This document shows, in pieces, positions 49,293-59,275 of a stretch of 64,000 nucleotides of DNA. Position numbers and translations under genes: made by a program. Where the stretch lies: positions 32,001 to 96,000 of the forward strand of contig JANRKO010000019.1 of the NCBI GenBank assembly GCA_033763455.1. Reading direction: 5' to 3'. The notes beneath the pieces were generated by a model. It searched no databases and had not been told where the DNA came from. It saw only the letters and a list, made by a program, of their open reading frames with translations. The stretch is from Polyangiaceae bacterium. Its GTDB lineage: Bacteria; Myxococcota_A; Polyangia; Polyangiales; Polyangiaceae. Each line of letters begins with the position of its first letter. The first letter of the stretch is position 1.

Positions 49293-50326
49293 AGCGAGTC
49301 TGGTTTTGGGTGCCCGTTGCGGCAGGCCTCCTGTTTGGGTCGGCGTGTTATCGAGACACCATCAACAATAGCCCGGGTCTTCGTTGGTGGCTTTTCTCCA
49401 ACTTCGGGGCCACACGCGTTTGCCCAGAGATGCTGAAGCGCGGGGCACCGCTCAAATTGGTCGAGGGTGGCAACACGATCGGCCGCTATTTCCCTGAACG
49501 TTGCGTCACCCAAGTGAATGACGCCACTCAAACCGTTACTTTGCAGTTTGGGGGAACAGGCTTCGCGTGGACTCCGCTCGCTGGGCGCATCCACTTCGGG
49601 GCAGATGCGGCCATCGAATACCGCATGGACTTCTACCTCGGCGAGGACGCAACGTACGTGTGGGGCAAGAGCCAGCGCATCCTTTCGGAGCCGCATTTCC
49701 AGGTGTTGACCGTTGAGAATAAGGTGGCGGATTGGGCTGCGCGATCCCCAGTTGGGTATCTAGCGACGGTGTTTGGGAATCAAATTGTCGCGAGCAAACT
49801 GGCCGAAGGCTTCACTGTCGTCCGCTCCGAGGATGGTGACGAATTCGCGCTAGGTTATCTGGCACCACCCGCTCGCCCTAAGCGCCCGTTTGATACCGAG
49901 AAGGGTGATCGCTTCGCCTACTCCAACGAAACCACTGAGGTGCAGGCCGAGCAGGTGGATTTTCTCGGACCTTTCGACGTTGTCGAGGGGGATCAAGCCC
50001 TTTTTCTGCGTCTACTCGGGCGAGGGCCAGCCGTTGATGTGTTGGTTGTTCGCCGCGGTGCCGGAGACCTGTGGCGGCGAGGCCTTCAGTTGGGAGCACC
50101 GCTTGGGCCCCCGCCAGAACCACCCGTATCGGGTTTTGGCCTACAACCTGGCGCGGAAGTGCGGCAGAAGATCGCGCTTCCCCAGGGGCAATATTATGTC
50201 GTGATCGACAATAGCTCGCGGGTGGGCTTGATATCGCCGCCGTTCAACTTGCTGGGCTCTCTCGGTGCCAACGTCGCCACGGTGTCGTACGCGGTAGAGC
50301 TGGGGGAGAGGGATGATACGTTTTAG
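49289..50326 (+). CDS. Hypothetical lipoprotein
   Basis: GTGA overlap with hemH; lipobox GSAC. Confidence 0.75.
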   Translation: MKRVWFWVPVAAGLLFGSACYRDTINNSPGLRWWLFSNFGATRVCPEMLKRGAPLKLVEGGNTIGRYFPERCVTQVNDATQTVTLQFGGTGFAWTPLAGRIHFGADAAIEYRMDFYLGEDATYVWGKSQRILSEPHFQVLTVENKVADWAARSPVGYLATVFGNQIVASKLAEGFTVVRSEDGDEFALGYLAPPARPKRPFDTEKGDRFAYSNETTEVQAEQVDFLGPFDVVEGDQALFLRLLGRGPAVDVLVVRRGAGDLWRRGLQLGAPLGPPPEPPVSGFGLQPGAEVRQKIALPQGQYYVVIDNSSRVGLISPPFNLLGSLGANVATVSYAVELGERDDTF

Positions 50327-50449
50327 CCTGCAACGTCGCTCATGGATGCTTGGAGTCCGGGTCGTGACGGGGCAACAATTTTCCAGACAAACCAAGCTCG
50401 CGTCATCCTCAACCCGGATGGCAGCGTAAAAACGGCCATGCCGTTTTAA

Positions 50450-50695
50450 CCGAGAAGCAAAGGTAGCGAATGGGTGCCGGAAGGGGGCATTAATCCCTTT
50501 GGTCCGAACGACTTCCGTCCTTTCTGCAAGGACCACGACGAATGCTACGGAACGTGCGGAGCCGACAAGGGCAAATGCGACGAAGCCTTGGGCGATGGGA
50601 TCGGGAGGCCAATTGGCGATCTATACGAAACCGCCGTTTGGTGGCTGGGGGACGACGCATGGGACGCGGCGCAAGGGCCTTGCGTGTGCAAGTGA
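50450..50695 (+). pseudogene. Phospholipase A2-like fragment, probable orphan toxin tip
   Basis: CKDHDECYGTCGADKGKCD matches the PLA2 C-x2-HD-x-CY...CD motif; in-frame TAA at 50447; no signal peptide. Confidence 0.6.
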
Positions 50696-50786
50696 TGAAT
50701 GACAGTAGCGGACGCGTGGATGAATCCCGTTGGAGATTGACGAAGGCGGTTGTGCTCGTCGGTCTTTCCTGATCGAACTGTGAATT

Positions 50787-51347
50787 TCACCTTGCCCAGA
50801 GCGCGGCTACGTCGAACTCGATGGCATCGAAAGGAACGAGGCGGGCTGGAGTGTCGCCGGAGATGCGTTGAAGGATCCGGTACGTTGAACCGTCGAGTTC
50901 GAGGACTTCCACGAACTGATCGAGGGGCTCGATGAACCAGACATGCTTGACGCCTTCGCGCTGGTAGACGTCGAGCTTTTTTCCGCGGTCGAGCGCGCGC
51001 GTCGGGGGAGAAGCCACTTCACAGACCCAATCAGGCGCTACGTCGAGAAAGGCCGACTCTGGGAGAATCGGCAAGGTCGAACGTCGCCAACCTCCAACAT
51101 CCGGGACGACGATGTCCGCGCCCAGATGGACCTCAGGCGCATCGAGAATGATCCACCCACCGGGGCCCCCGCGCCCACGTTTGAAGGGTGGGCCTAGTTC
51201 TTCTCCGACCACGGAGGCGGCCGCCGCGTGAGGCATCGCGGGGCGAGGATGCTGATAGAGAACGCCCCCAATGACCTCCGCTACAACGTGCGGAGGGCTT
51301 GCAAGGACATCTTCGTAGGTCGCTACTCGTCGCGCCGGCTCGGACAT
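50787..51347 (-). CDS. Uma2-family (DUF820) endonuclease
   Basis: ATYED, AEVIGG, PDVGGWRR, APDWVCEVASP, K..Y..EGV.HVW. Confidence 0.92.
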   Translation of the reverse strand: MSEPARRVATYEDVLASPPHVVAEVIGGVLYQHPRPAMPHAAAASVVGEELGPPFKRGRGGPGGWIILDAPEVHLGADIVVPDVGGWRRSTLPILPESAFLDVAPDWVCEVASPPTRALDRGKKLDVYQREGVKHVWFIEPLDQFVEVLELDGSTYRILQRISGDTPARLVPFDAIEFDVAALWAR

Positions 51348-51541
51348 AGGCATCAGGCTAGCACACGCCTCGGCACCTTGAGCGGTGAGGATAGAGCGAC
51401 GTCTAGAAATCTGCAGAGCGGAGCCAGCGATCGAAAGGGGAGAGTCCGTAACCAGCATTATTAGCGCGAGGGTGGAAGCTGCTTGGGTTCGCTTTCGACG
51501 CGCCGGTTGCCGATTGCTATGACGCGCAGTAACCTGAGAAT

Positions 51542-53095
51542 ATGGACGCTGTATCTAGGTTAGGGGTTCCGAAGATCAGCGGATGGGCGTGGGCGTGTGC
51601 CTTCGCGCTGGCTGCTGCATGCAGTGGCGAAGGCAACAACGCCGCGGGCACGGTTGATTCCGCGAGCGGGGGAACGTTGGCAACCGGCGGGGCGCCGGTC
51701 GGAGGTGGCTCTTCCCTAGCAAGCGGAGGCATGAACCTCAGCGGAGGTGGACCTAGTGCGGGGGGAAGCCCTGGCTCATCCGTAGGCGGTGTTCCAACAT
51801 CTGGCGGTGTTCCAACATCCGGCGGTGCTCCAACATCCGGCGGCGCAGGAGGAGTATCGAGTGGAGGGGGGGCGGCATCGATCCCAGACACCGTGAGTGA
51901 ATGCCAAACCGTGGGCGTGCAGACCCGCTTGAGCAATGGAGTCAACGAGTCGAAACACCCGGCGTTGGTTTTCAACGGCGCTCAATACCTCACCGTTTGG
52001 TCGGACTCGCGAAACGGGCTCGGACAAGTCTTTGCTTCCAAGCTCGATTCAGACGGAAGCAAGGTTCAGGGCGCGACCGAATATTTGATCGCTAGCGACG
52101 TTAACTCACGCCTCATCGGGCCGGAGATCGCTCGCGACCCCAACGGAGGCTACTTGGTTGTTTGGGACAGTTGCGATGGCTCCACCACCTGTGGGGATCT
52201 GATCCCGAGTTCCGTAAGGGCGCGGCCCCTGGATGCCTCAGGGCAACCGATCGGCAGCGTAACGACAGTGAGCGCAGCCCTTCAGGGGGAGCGCAGGCCG
52301 TATCTAGTGCGTGCCTTTGGCCAATATTTCGTCTCCTATCGCAACGTCGTGGGCAACGCCGAAGTCGTGGAGGTTAGGGCATTGGCCGACGACGGTAGCG
52401 TTTCCGGCGCGCCGTCCGCGATCCAAGTGCCGACTGCACATGTTTCGGGCACCGGCGGCGGACAATCCTACGTGGAGTCTCACCTGAGCGCCAATTCAAC
52501 GCACCTTGCGCTTGTCTTCATCGATGGAATCGGCCCCTCAAGTGTGAAGCTTCGCCTCTACGATGCGAATCTCGCCCTGGTGCACGAAACCATCGTCGTG
52601 AGCGACGTTTCGACGCGCATGGCCAATCCTGTTGTCGGCTGGAATGGTGCGCAATGGGTAGTTGCCTGGGAACGAGACCCTGCCAACGCCGTCGTGTACG
52701 GTGCGCTGGTTTCCGCCGATGGCACGACGGTGAGCAGCGCCGTGCCACTCTCCACTGGGCCCGGGAACTGGCCGTGGGTTGCCTCCGACGGATATTCAAG
52801 CGTCGTCACGTACTACGGCTTTCCGAACGGCGGCCAGGCTATGCTCGCCCGCTTCAATTCATCTGGCGCAGTAGCCGCTCGCGACGTGCCGCTCTCGACT
52901 GAAGGCTCCCAGAACGCGCGAGCACCCGCCGTCGCCTTCAACTCCCTCTTGCGTGAGTTTGGCGTCGTGTTCACCGACAATACCTCACAAGAAGTCTACT
53001 TCGTCCGCACCAAGTGCCCCTACGAGGGCCCTGGTGGCTCTGGCGGAGGTGGTGCGGCGGGCGCCGCGGGGATGGCGGGATCAGGTGGAGGCTAG
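51542..53095 (+). CDS. Lipoprotein with Gly/Ser-rich linker and beta-propeller-like repeats
   Basis: LAAAC lipobox; recurring P.(L/V).(F/W)NG..(Y/W)..(V/A)W units. Confidence 0.8.
   Translation: MDAVSRLGVPKISGWAWACAFALAAACSGEGNNAAGTVDSASGGTLATGGAPVGGGSSLASGGMNLSGGGPSAGGSPGSSVGGVPTSGGVPTSGGAPTSGGAGGVSSGGGAASIPDTVSECQTVGVQTRLSNGVNESKHPALVFNGAQYLTVWSDSRNGLGQVFASKLDSDGSKVQGATEYLIASDVNSRLIGPEIARDPNGGYLVVWDSCDGSTTCGDLIPSSVRARPLDASGQPIGSVTTVSAALQGERRPYLVRAFGQYFVSYRNVVGNAEVVEVRALADDGSVSGAPSAIQVPTAHVSGTGGGQSYVESHLSANSTHLALVFIDGIGPSSVKLRLYDANLALVHETIVVSDVSTRMANPVVGWNGAQWVVAWERDPANAVVYGALVSADGTTVSSAVPLSTGPGNWPWVASDGYSSVVTYYGFPNGGQAMLARFNSSGAVAARDVPLSTEGSQNARAPAVAFNSLLREFGVVFTDNTSQEVYFVRTKCPYEGPGGSGGGGAAGAAGMAGSGGG
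51785..51838 (+). repeat. 18-bp coding tandem repeat x3 (GG[V/A]PTS)
   Basis: ggcggtgttccaacatct and two near-identical copies. Confidence 0.9.
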
Positions 53096-53273
53096 CTTCC
53101 TGCACGGAGCCGATGGCTCCCCTGCTGTGCCTAGGGGAGGGTGCCTTTTAGTCTACAACGTCGGTCATGGACGATAACAGCAGCACGGCAGCCTAACACG
53201 CGTCGCACCGCGGGGATTGCGGCTTACGACGCGCTAGGACGCATCGTGGATTGGTCTGGGGCCGTGGAGCCCT

Positions 53274-54329
53274 CTACCCCCCCATAGAAACGCGCCAATC
53301 CATCGGTAAATCCAAGACGCCTTCCATGCACAGGAAGTCGTAAATCAGCTCGCACACTACCTGGCAGGTCGCGCTAAATATCTGAGGATCGACGAAGAAC
53401 GCTAAGGTCTCATCGCGGAAGGGTTCGGTGCTGCTAGAGAGGCGCCCCATCAGTTCGTCTTCGCAGAAATTCACCATTTGCTCCATGAAACGCGCTTCCC
53501 ACTCGCGCCGAAAATCTGGGAAGGCGGTGGCCCAGATTTTGTAATCTACACTGCCGGGGGCATGGCCTGTTTTGGCGGCACGCACGGTGCTCTTTACAAG
53601 TGGAGGCAAGCGTTCCGGCAGGTGTTTGCACAAGAAATCCCTCAACACCGCGGTGAAGATCTCCATCACGCGGTTCAGCTCGGGAGAGCGCCGCGAGAGG
53701 AATGCCACCTGCATGTCGCGTTCGAACTTGTTGAGGGTTTCGAGCGTCTGCGCGTGCACTTCCTCGCTTGCGTACTCGAAGCCCTCGAGCTCGGCGTGAA
53801 GCCGATGTTTGTAGCGCTGAAGGAGGTAAAAAACGCCCTGCTCGGCGTGATAGATCTTTCGCTCTTTGTCACCCTTTGTCTGCTCGTGGAGTTCGCTTTC
53901 AAAGAAGAGCTTGGCCACACGGCGTCCCACAGGCTTCAACACCTGAGTCATGAAGGCCGCTTGCCGCTCCTCGCTGAGGAGCCGCGAGAGCAGCAGGGTG
54001 ATGCTCGCAACGTGCTTAGCCTCTATGGGCTCTGGATCGAACTGGGCGTTTTCATTGCTGAGTGCGCCTTGAACGGCTTTAAGCTGCGCGACAACCTGCG
54101 CAGTGATGGCGTCTAACTCTGAATTAGTTTCTAGATCGCCGCGGTAATGAACGATGCGCGCCTGGATCTGTTCATTCATGAGGCCCAAAGCACGAAGGGC
54201 TAAGGCCTGCTTGTCGCCTTCGGTGAGCGTTTCCCCAGGCGGTGGGAGTTTGGGGCGAACGCGGGGAGGTGGAGGCGGAGGAGGGGGCCGACGGGGGGGA
54301 GGCGGGGGAGGCTTGGGTCGATCCGTCAC
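53274..54329 (-). CDS. Hypothetical helical protein with N-terminal polyproline tracts
   Basis: Long ORF; likely GTG start at 54329; PPPPPPRRPPPPPPPP. Confidence 0.75.
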   Translation of the reverse strand: MTDRPKPPPPPPRRPPPPPPPPRVRPKLPPPGETLTEGDKQALALRALGLMNEQIQARIVHYRGDLETNSELDAITAQVVAQLKAVQGALSNENAQFDPEPIEAKHVASITLLLSRLLSEERQAAFMTQVLKPVGRRVAKLFFESELHEQTKGDKERKIYHAEQGVFYLLQRYKHRLHAELEGFEYASEEVHAQTLETLNKFERDMQVAFLSRRSPELNRVMEIFTAVLRDFLCKHLPERLPPLVKSTVRAAKTGHAPGSVDYKIWATAFPDFRREWEARFMEQMVNFCEDELMGRLSSSTEPFRDETLAFFVDPQIFSATCQVVCELIYDFLCMEGVLDLPMDWRVSMGG

Positions 54330-54400
54330 AATCTTCCGAGGATAGCTCGAATAGAGGGGTCGTTGACGAGGGATCGCTGTGGGCCCTACCGTGGGCCGCA

Positions 54401-56437
54401 ATGAAGAAGTTCAACACTACAAACTCGCCCGCAAAGTTAGTGGATTTTGGGGCGGCAGCAGCTGCTTCCAGGTGGGGCGCAGGCTTGGGCCTTTTGGCCG
54501 TAGTCGGTGGCCTTTGGCTTTCTGGCTGTGCTCGCCAGGCCAACTTGACCACAGCCCAGCTGCCGTTGCGCCGCGTCGTGATCTACCGAAACGGCGTTGC
54601 TTACTTCGAACGGGGCGGCGAAGTGGATGCAGATCGGGTCACGTTCCAAATGCGTCCGAAGATGATTGGAGATTTTCTCGCCACCTTGGCCGTGATGCAA
54701 GAAGGCGGCAGCTCGGTGAGCTCGGCTTCGTTCCCTGTTGAGGTGGAGAAAGACTCCGTCGAAGATCCTGAGGTTGAGCACTTTAGGCGTCAGCTGAGCA
54801 AGGCAGACAATGAACCTGAAAAGGATGAGGACCTGCGTGAAGTGGTGCTGCGCATGGGCGAGGGCAAGCACAACCTCAGCATCGGTTACGTCGCAGAAAC
54901 ACCGCTTTGGAAGCCTTCTTATAGGTTGGTGTTGAATGAAGCTGGCAAGGCTCAGCTTCAGGTTTGGGGCATTGTTCAGAATCTTTCCGGGGAAGATTGG
55001 GAGAATGTGGAGTTGGCGTTGGTGGCGGGTGCACCCATTGCGTTTGAATCCACTCTTGGCACGCCTGTCACACCCACGCGCCCGGTAGTGAGCGATTCCG
55101 GCGAGGTGATTGCTGCCGTCCCGTCGTCGATGACGACCTACAAGGAAGAGGCCCCCGCAGCCGCTCCCCCCGCGCCGCCGATGGCGGCTCCCGCCGACCA
55201 AGCCGAAATGATGGCGAGTGATGAAGAAGCCATGCCCGAGGAGAAGGGTAGAGTGCTGAGCGGGACCGCAGCCTTCGGCGCTGCCCGTGCGCCCGCCGCG
55301 TCACGTAAAGAGGCCCCGCCGATGGGACGCAGCAAGGCCTCCGTCGCTAATGCTCCTGCACCAAAGCCCATGCCCAGCATGGTGCCAAGCGCTCCGCGCA
55401 ACTTGAACGCTCTGGCCTCTGTAGCCGCTCAAACGGGATCAACCCGTTACGAAGTGGGCACCCGCGTGACAATTCCCGATGAGAGCGCCACCATGGTGAT
55501 GCTCCTGAATCAAACGGTGCCGGGCGAGGCTGTGTTCTTGTTCGCCCCGGATGGTGGCGTTCCGGATTCGAGCGTGCACCCGTTTCGCGTAGTGCGTTTT
55601 GTGAATTCGGGTAAAGGCTTGCTCGAAGGGGGGCCGATCGCAGTCTTCGAAAAAGGGGCCTTTCTTGGCCAAGGCGTGATGGATTCACTCTCGCCAGAGA
55701 GCAAGGCCACTGTGCCTTTCGCTCTTCAGCGCAGCTTAACCGTGAACCAAAGCTCCAATTTTTCGCAAGAAGGGGCTCGTGTTTCAAAAATTGAGGCGGG
55801 GCGTTTGTACATTGAACGCGATCAGGTGCGCCTCACGAACTACGAGATCAAAAACGGCTCCGAAGAGGCCGGCAAGCTCCTGGTGCGGCATTTCCGTGAC
55901 ACCGGCTGGCGTTTGCACAATCCGCCCAAAGGCACCGAAGATCGCACGACGGACGGGCACGCCCTGGTTCCCGTGAGCGCTCCACCGCACGCCACCACCA
56001 AGCTCGTGGTGGATGAGCGGCTCTCTATCGAACAGGAGCTCGATTGGCTCGATCCTCTTGCGGATATTGCGGTGCGCGCCTATTGGGACAACCCGAAGTC
56101 AGAGCCCAAGAGCGTTGCCCAGTTGAAGCAAGCCTGGGGCGTTCGTGCGGATTTGAGCCGCATCAGGGATCGGCTCAATCAACTGACCGCTACCCAAGCA
56201 GAGCTCGAAAAAGCGGCTCGGGAAAGCCGTTTGAGCCTAGAGGCGATAGAGAAGAATACGCAAGCCGCCGATCTCCGAGCCACGCTCACTGCCCGGTTGC
56301 GCGAACAGACGGCGGGGTTGGATCGCGCCTCCAAGGAATTGATTGAAGTGAAGCTCAAACAGAATGAGCTTGAGGTTCGCCTGCGGGATGCCCTTCGAGA
56401 CCTCTCCGTGCAACTTCCTCCCACTTCGGGACGTTGA
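54401..56437 (+). CDS. DUF4139-like lipoprotein
   Basis: LSGC lipobox, VVIYRNGVAYFER, WKPSYRL, VQNLSGEDWENVELALVAG, C-terminal coiled coil. Confidence 0.85.
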   Translation: MKKFNTTNSPAKLVDFGAAAAASRWGAGLGLLAVVGGLWLSGCARQANLTTAQLPLRRVVIYRNGVAYFERGGEVDADRVTFQMRPKMIGDFLATLAVMQEGGSSVSSASFPVEVEKDSVEDPEVEHFRRQLSKADNEPEKDEDLREVVLRMGEGKHNLSIGYVAETPLWKPSYRLVLNEAGKAQLQVWGIVQNLSGEDWENVELALVAGAPIAFESTLGTPVTPTRPVVSDSGEVIAAVPSSMTTYKEEAPAAAPPAPPMAAPADQAEMMASDEEAMPEEKGRVLSGTAAFGAARAPAASRKEAPPMGRSKASVANAPAPKPMPSMVPSAPRNLNALASVAAQTGSTRYEVGTRVTIPDESATMVMLLNQTVPGEAVFLFAPDGGVPDSSVHPFRVVRFVNSGKGLLEGGPIAVFEKGAFLGQGVMDSLSPESKATVPFALQRSLTVNQSSNFSQEGARVSKIEAGRLYIERDQVRLTNYEIKNGSEEAGKLLVRHFRDTGWRLHNPPKGTEDRTTDGHALVPVSAPPHATTKLVVDERLSIEQELDWLDPLADIAVRAYWDNPKSEPKSVAQLKQAWGVRADLSRIRDRLNQLTATQAELEKAARESRLSLEAIEKNTQAADLRATLTARLREQTAGLDRASKELIEVKLKQNELEVRLRDALRDLSVQLPPTSGR

Positions 56438-56478
56438 CAGCAAACACCACGTTGCGTCACATAGCCAGCTAGCGATAC

Positions 56479-56736
56479 ATGATGGAGCCTACCGAACTGG
56501 AACGCCGCCTGAAGGAAGCTTTCCCTGGCGCCGAGGTTGAGATTAGCGATTTGACCGGCACGAAGGACCATTTTCAGGCCAGAATTGTGGCAGAAGAGTT
56601 CACTGGCCAGAGCCTCATTCAACAGCATCAGATGGTGTATCGCGTTCTTGAAGACGCAATGCGCGGGGCAATTCATGCTCTTGCGTTGCGCACCTACACG
56701 CCCAAAAGTTGGGGCCTAGCAAAAGGGATCGAATAA
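56479..56736 (+). CDS. BolA/IbaG-family protein
   Basis: [26 protein letters not shown]. Confidence 0.93.
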   Translation: MMEPTELERRLKEAFPGAEVEISDLTGTKDHFQARIVAEEFTGQSLIQQHQMVYRVLEDAMRGAIHALALRTYTPKSWGLAKGIE

Positions 56737-57062
56737 TGGACGACGCACTGCGCCAGAAGCTGCAAACACTGATCAGCTCGCACCCAGTGGTGCTTTTCAT
56801 GAAGGGGAATCGCCAGTTCCCCCAGTGCGGCTTTTCCGCCAAAGTGGTTGAGCTCTTGAAGCGCAACGGCGCTGATTTTCAGACCGTCAACGTGCTCACA
56901 GAGCAAGATGTTCGTCAGGGGCTCAAAGAGTTTTCCAGTTGGCCCACGTTCCCACAGCTCTACGTGAAAGGTGAATTCATTGGTGGTTGCGATATCGTGA
57001 CCGAGCTTGACGAACGTGGAGAGCTGGGGCCGCTTCTTTCCTCGGCTAAGCCGGCTAACTGA
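56736..57062 (+). CDS. grxD: Monothiol glutaredoxin Grx4
   Basis: [24 protein letters not shown]. Confidence 0.96.
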   Translation: MDDALRQKLQTLISSHPVVLFMKGNRQFPQCGFSAKVVELLKRNGADFQTVNVLTEQDVRQGLKEFSSWPTFPQLYVKGEFIGGCDIVTELDERGELGPLLSSAKPAN

Positions 57063-57125
57063 TACTGATCCTAACCAGAACTATCGTCGAATTGAGCCCT
57101 TCTGAGCTCGTGGCCGTCAACAGGC

Positions 57126-58379
57126 TCAGTGCCCGTCGTCGAGGCCGACGCGGTGGGCCAATTCTCGGCTGGCACGTGTGGAGCGTCCGCTGTCTTTGAA
57201 GTCGAAGAGCAACGTGGTTGGCCCGTCTTTGCCTCCGGCGATCGAGCCTCCGAAGTTGCCGATTGAGGTTCGCACGTCTTCGTAGGTGAGGCCTCGCGTA
57301 GCTCCCCGCACGTTTTCGAGGGCAAAACTGTAGTCGAGCATGCCGCCAGAAGGGCGCATCAGATCTTGTCGCACATGCGGAATCGCTGCGTCCACACCCA
57401 TGAAGTAGATCAAGGCAGAAGCGGCTAGTGCTGGGCTCGGCGCACGAAACCACGCTCCGGCGAGCTTCTCTTTGGAGCCGACGCAGTGCGCGAACACACC
57501 AGCATACTCAGCCTTGAGTGCATCGCTTAGCGCTTGCCCAAGCTGCATGTATTCACCACGAGTTGCCTCGTTGAAATACGGCGTGACGAATCTCCCCGAA
57601 AACGTGATGGAGAGACCACGAAAACGTGGCTTTAGGGTGGGTGGCAGCGCAAAATCTTCAAGCTCCAAACTCGAGCCCGCCCCCTGCGCCGCAGCCAGCG
57701 AACGGGCGCCCGCCCACACCAACTTCCGAAGCTCGGAGGGGCCTTGAACGAACTGGGTAAGTGCCACGTCATCGATCGGACTCACTTCTGAACCAGGGCG
57801 GATCAAATGGATGTCCACCTGCCACCCTTCAACATCAGCTGCCCCTAGCGTGGCTCCTCGAAGTGCTCGAGCAGCCGCTGCGTCGCACACGCGACGTGCA
57901 CGCAATTCATCCGTTGGCGGCAGTGGGGCGGCTGGCTCAGCGGAACTTGGCGCCGCCGGAGCTAACCAGGTGCGCGCTTTTGGCCCGACGATCTTGTAGG
58001 CGGCAAGAATACCCAGCAAGAGCACCGAGGCGCCGGCCACCCGCACGACCCACGCGAGCGCCTGATTGTCGTTGCTGGTGCTGAAAGGAACCCCCGAGCG
58101 CCTCGCTTCAACTAAGCGACGCGCGAGCTCGCCCGAGCGCCGCTGGCGTTCATCGTGCGGCAGGAGGTCCCAATGTTGCGCTAGCGTTCCGATCGGCGTG
58201 GTTGCCCGTGGCCCTGAGCCTTCGAGCACTGCCAATTCGCCCCCGGAAATGTACACATCCCCGGCAACCCCGTAGCGCGCGAGCGACTCAGAGATGGCAG
58301 TCGCTATTTCCTCCAGAATGAGAGCATTCCCCGGGTTCACAGCTTCGATGAGGCAGTCTAGTCGGAGGCGGACGAGCAA
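57126..58379 (-). CDS. Hypothetical membrane-anchored protein
   Basis: 417-aa ORF with one internal TM helix; start uncertain. Confidence 0.7.
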   Translation of the reverse strand: MLVRLRLDCLIEAVNPGNALILEEIATAISESLARYGVAGDVYISGGELAVLEGSGPRATTPIGTLAQHWDLLPHDERQRRSGELARRLVEARRSGVPFSTSNDNQALAWVVRVAGASVLLLGILAAYKIVGPKARTWLAPAAPSSAEPAAPLPPTDELRARRVCDAAAARALRGATLGAADVEGWQVDIHLIRPGSEVSPIDDVALTQFVQGPSELRKLVWAGARSLAAAQGAGSSLELEDFALPPTLKPRFRGLSITFSGRFVTPYFNEATRGEYMQLGQALSDALKAEYAGVFAHCVGSKEKLAGAWFRAPSPALAASALIYFMGVDAAIPHVRQDLMRPSGGMLDYSFALENVRGATRGLTYEDVRTSIGNFGGSIAGGKDGPTTLLFDFKDSGRSTRASRELAHRVGLDDGH

Positions 58380-58421
58380 GGAACCCGTTATTTTTCTAAG
58401 ATTCGGCGATAGACTTCAGCG

Positions 58422-59192
58422 GTGACTCGCCCTCTCATCTTGCTCAGCAACGACGACGGATATTCGTCCACAGGGATTTCCCTTATGCGTGCGGCTCTCG
58501 ACAAGCGCGCTGATGTCGTGGTTTGCGCCCCGGATTCGGAGCAAAGTGCCGCTAGCCACGCACTTAGCCTGCACCGGCCACTCAGGCTTTGGCAGAAGTC
58601 ACCTGGCGTATGGGCGGTCGATGGCACACCAGCCGACTGCGTTTATGTTGGGCTAAACGGTGGCGGGCGCGTGCTTCAACGTCGCCCGGATCTGGTGGTG
58701 TCTGGGATCAACCACGGGCTCAACCTCGGGGATGATGTGTTCTATAGCGGCACTGTGGCGGCAGCCCGTGAAGGCGCCTTGAAGGGAGTGCCTTCCATCG
58801 CGTTTTCCGCAGCGTACGATGCCGACCTGGAGGCCGTATCGGCAGCTGCCGCCCGAATCGCTCTTAATCTACACGAACAGCGTCCGCGGCGGCCGGTCTT
58901 GTTTAACGTGAACTTCCCGAAGGGCAAGAACTGGGAGTTCCGTGCCACACGGCTCGGTGCCCGGGTTTATCAAGATGGCGTGGACTTTCGAAAGGATCCC
59001 CGCGGCCGGGAGTATTTGTGGATTGGGCTTTCGGGCCCAATCACGCACCGTGCAGTAGCAGGCTCGGATACCGAAGCGTTTGATCAGGGGGTGGTCGGGA
59101 TAACACCCCTGGTTTTGGATCTGTGGGGTCGAGCCGATCAGTCGGAGGCTGAAGCTTTGGCGTCCATCACCGCGACAACAGCCCGTAGTTAG
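58422..59192 (+). CDS. surE: 5'/3'-nucleotidase SurE
   Basis: LLSNDDG, GTPADCV, SGINHGLNLG, YSGTVAAA. Confidence 0.97.
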   Translation: MTRPLILLSNDDGYSSTGISLMRAALDKRADVVVCAPDSEQSAASHALSLHRPLRLWQKSPGVWAVDGTPADCVYVGLNGGGRVLQRRPDLVVSGINHGLNLGDDVFYSGTVAAAREGALKGVPSIAFSAAYDADLEAVSAAAARIALNLHEQRPRRPVLFNVNFPKGKNWEFRATRLGARVYQDGVDFRKDPRGREYLWIGLSGPITHRAVAGSDTEAFDQGVVGITPLVLDLWGRADQSEAEALASITATTARS

Positions 59193-59275
59193 GCACCGCA
59201 GGCTCCCGCCCGTCGAGCCCGCTCATCATTGGCGCTCTCAACAGCGGCCGTCAAACATGCTAACGAGGTAACACC

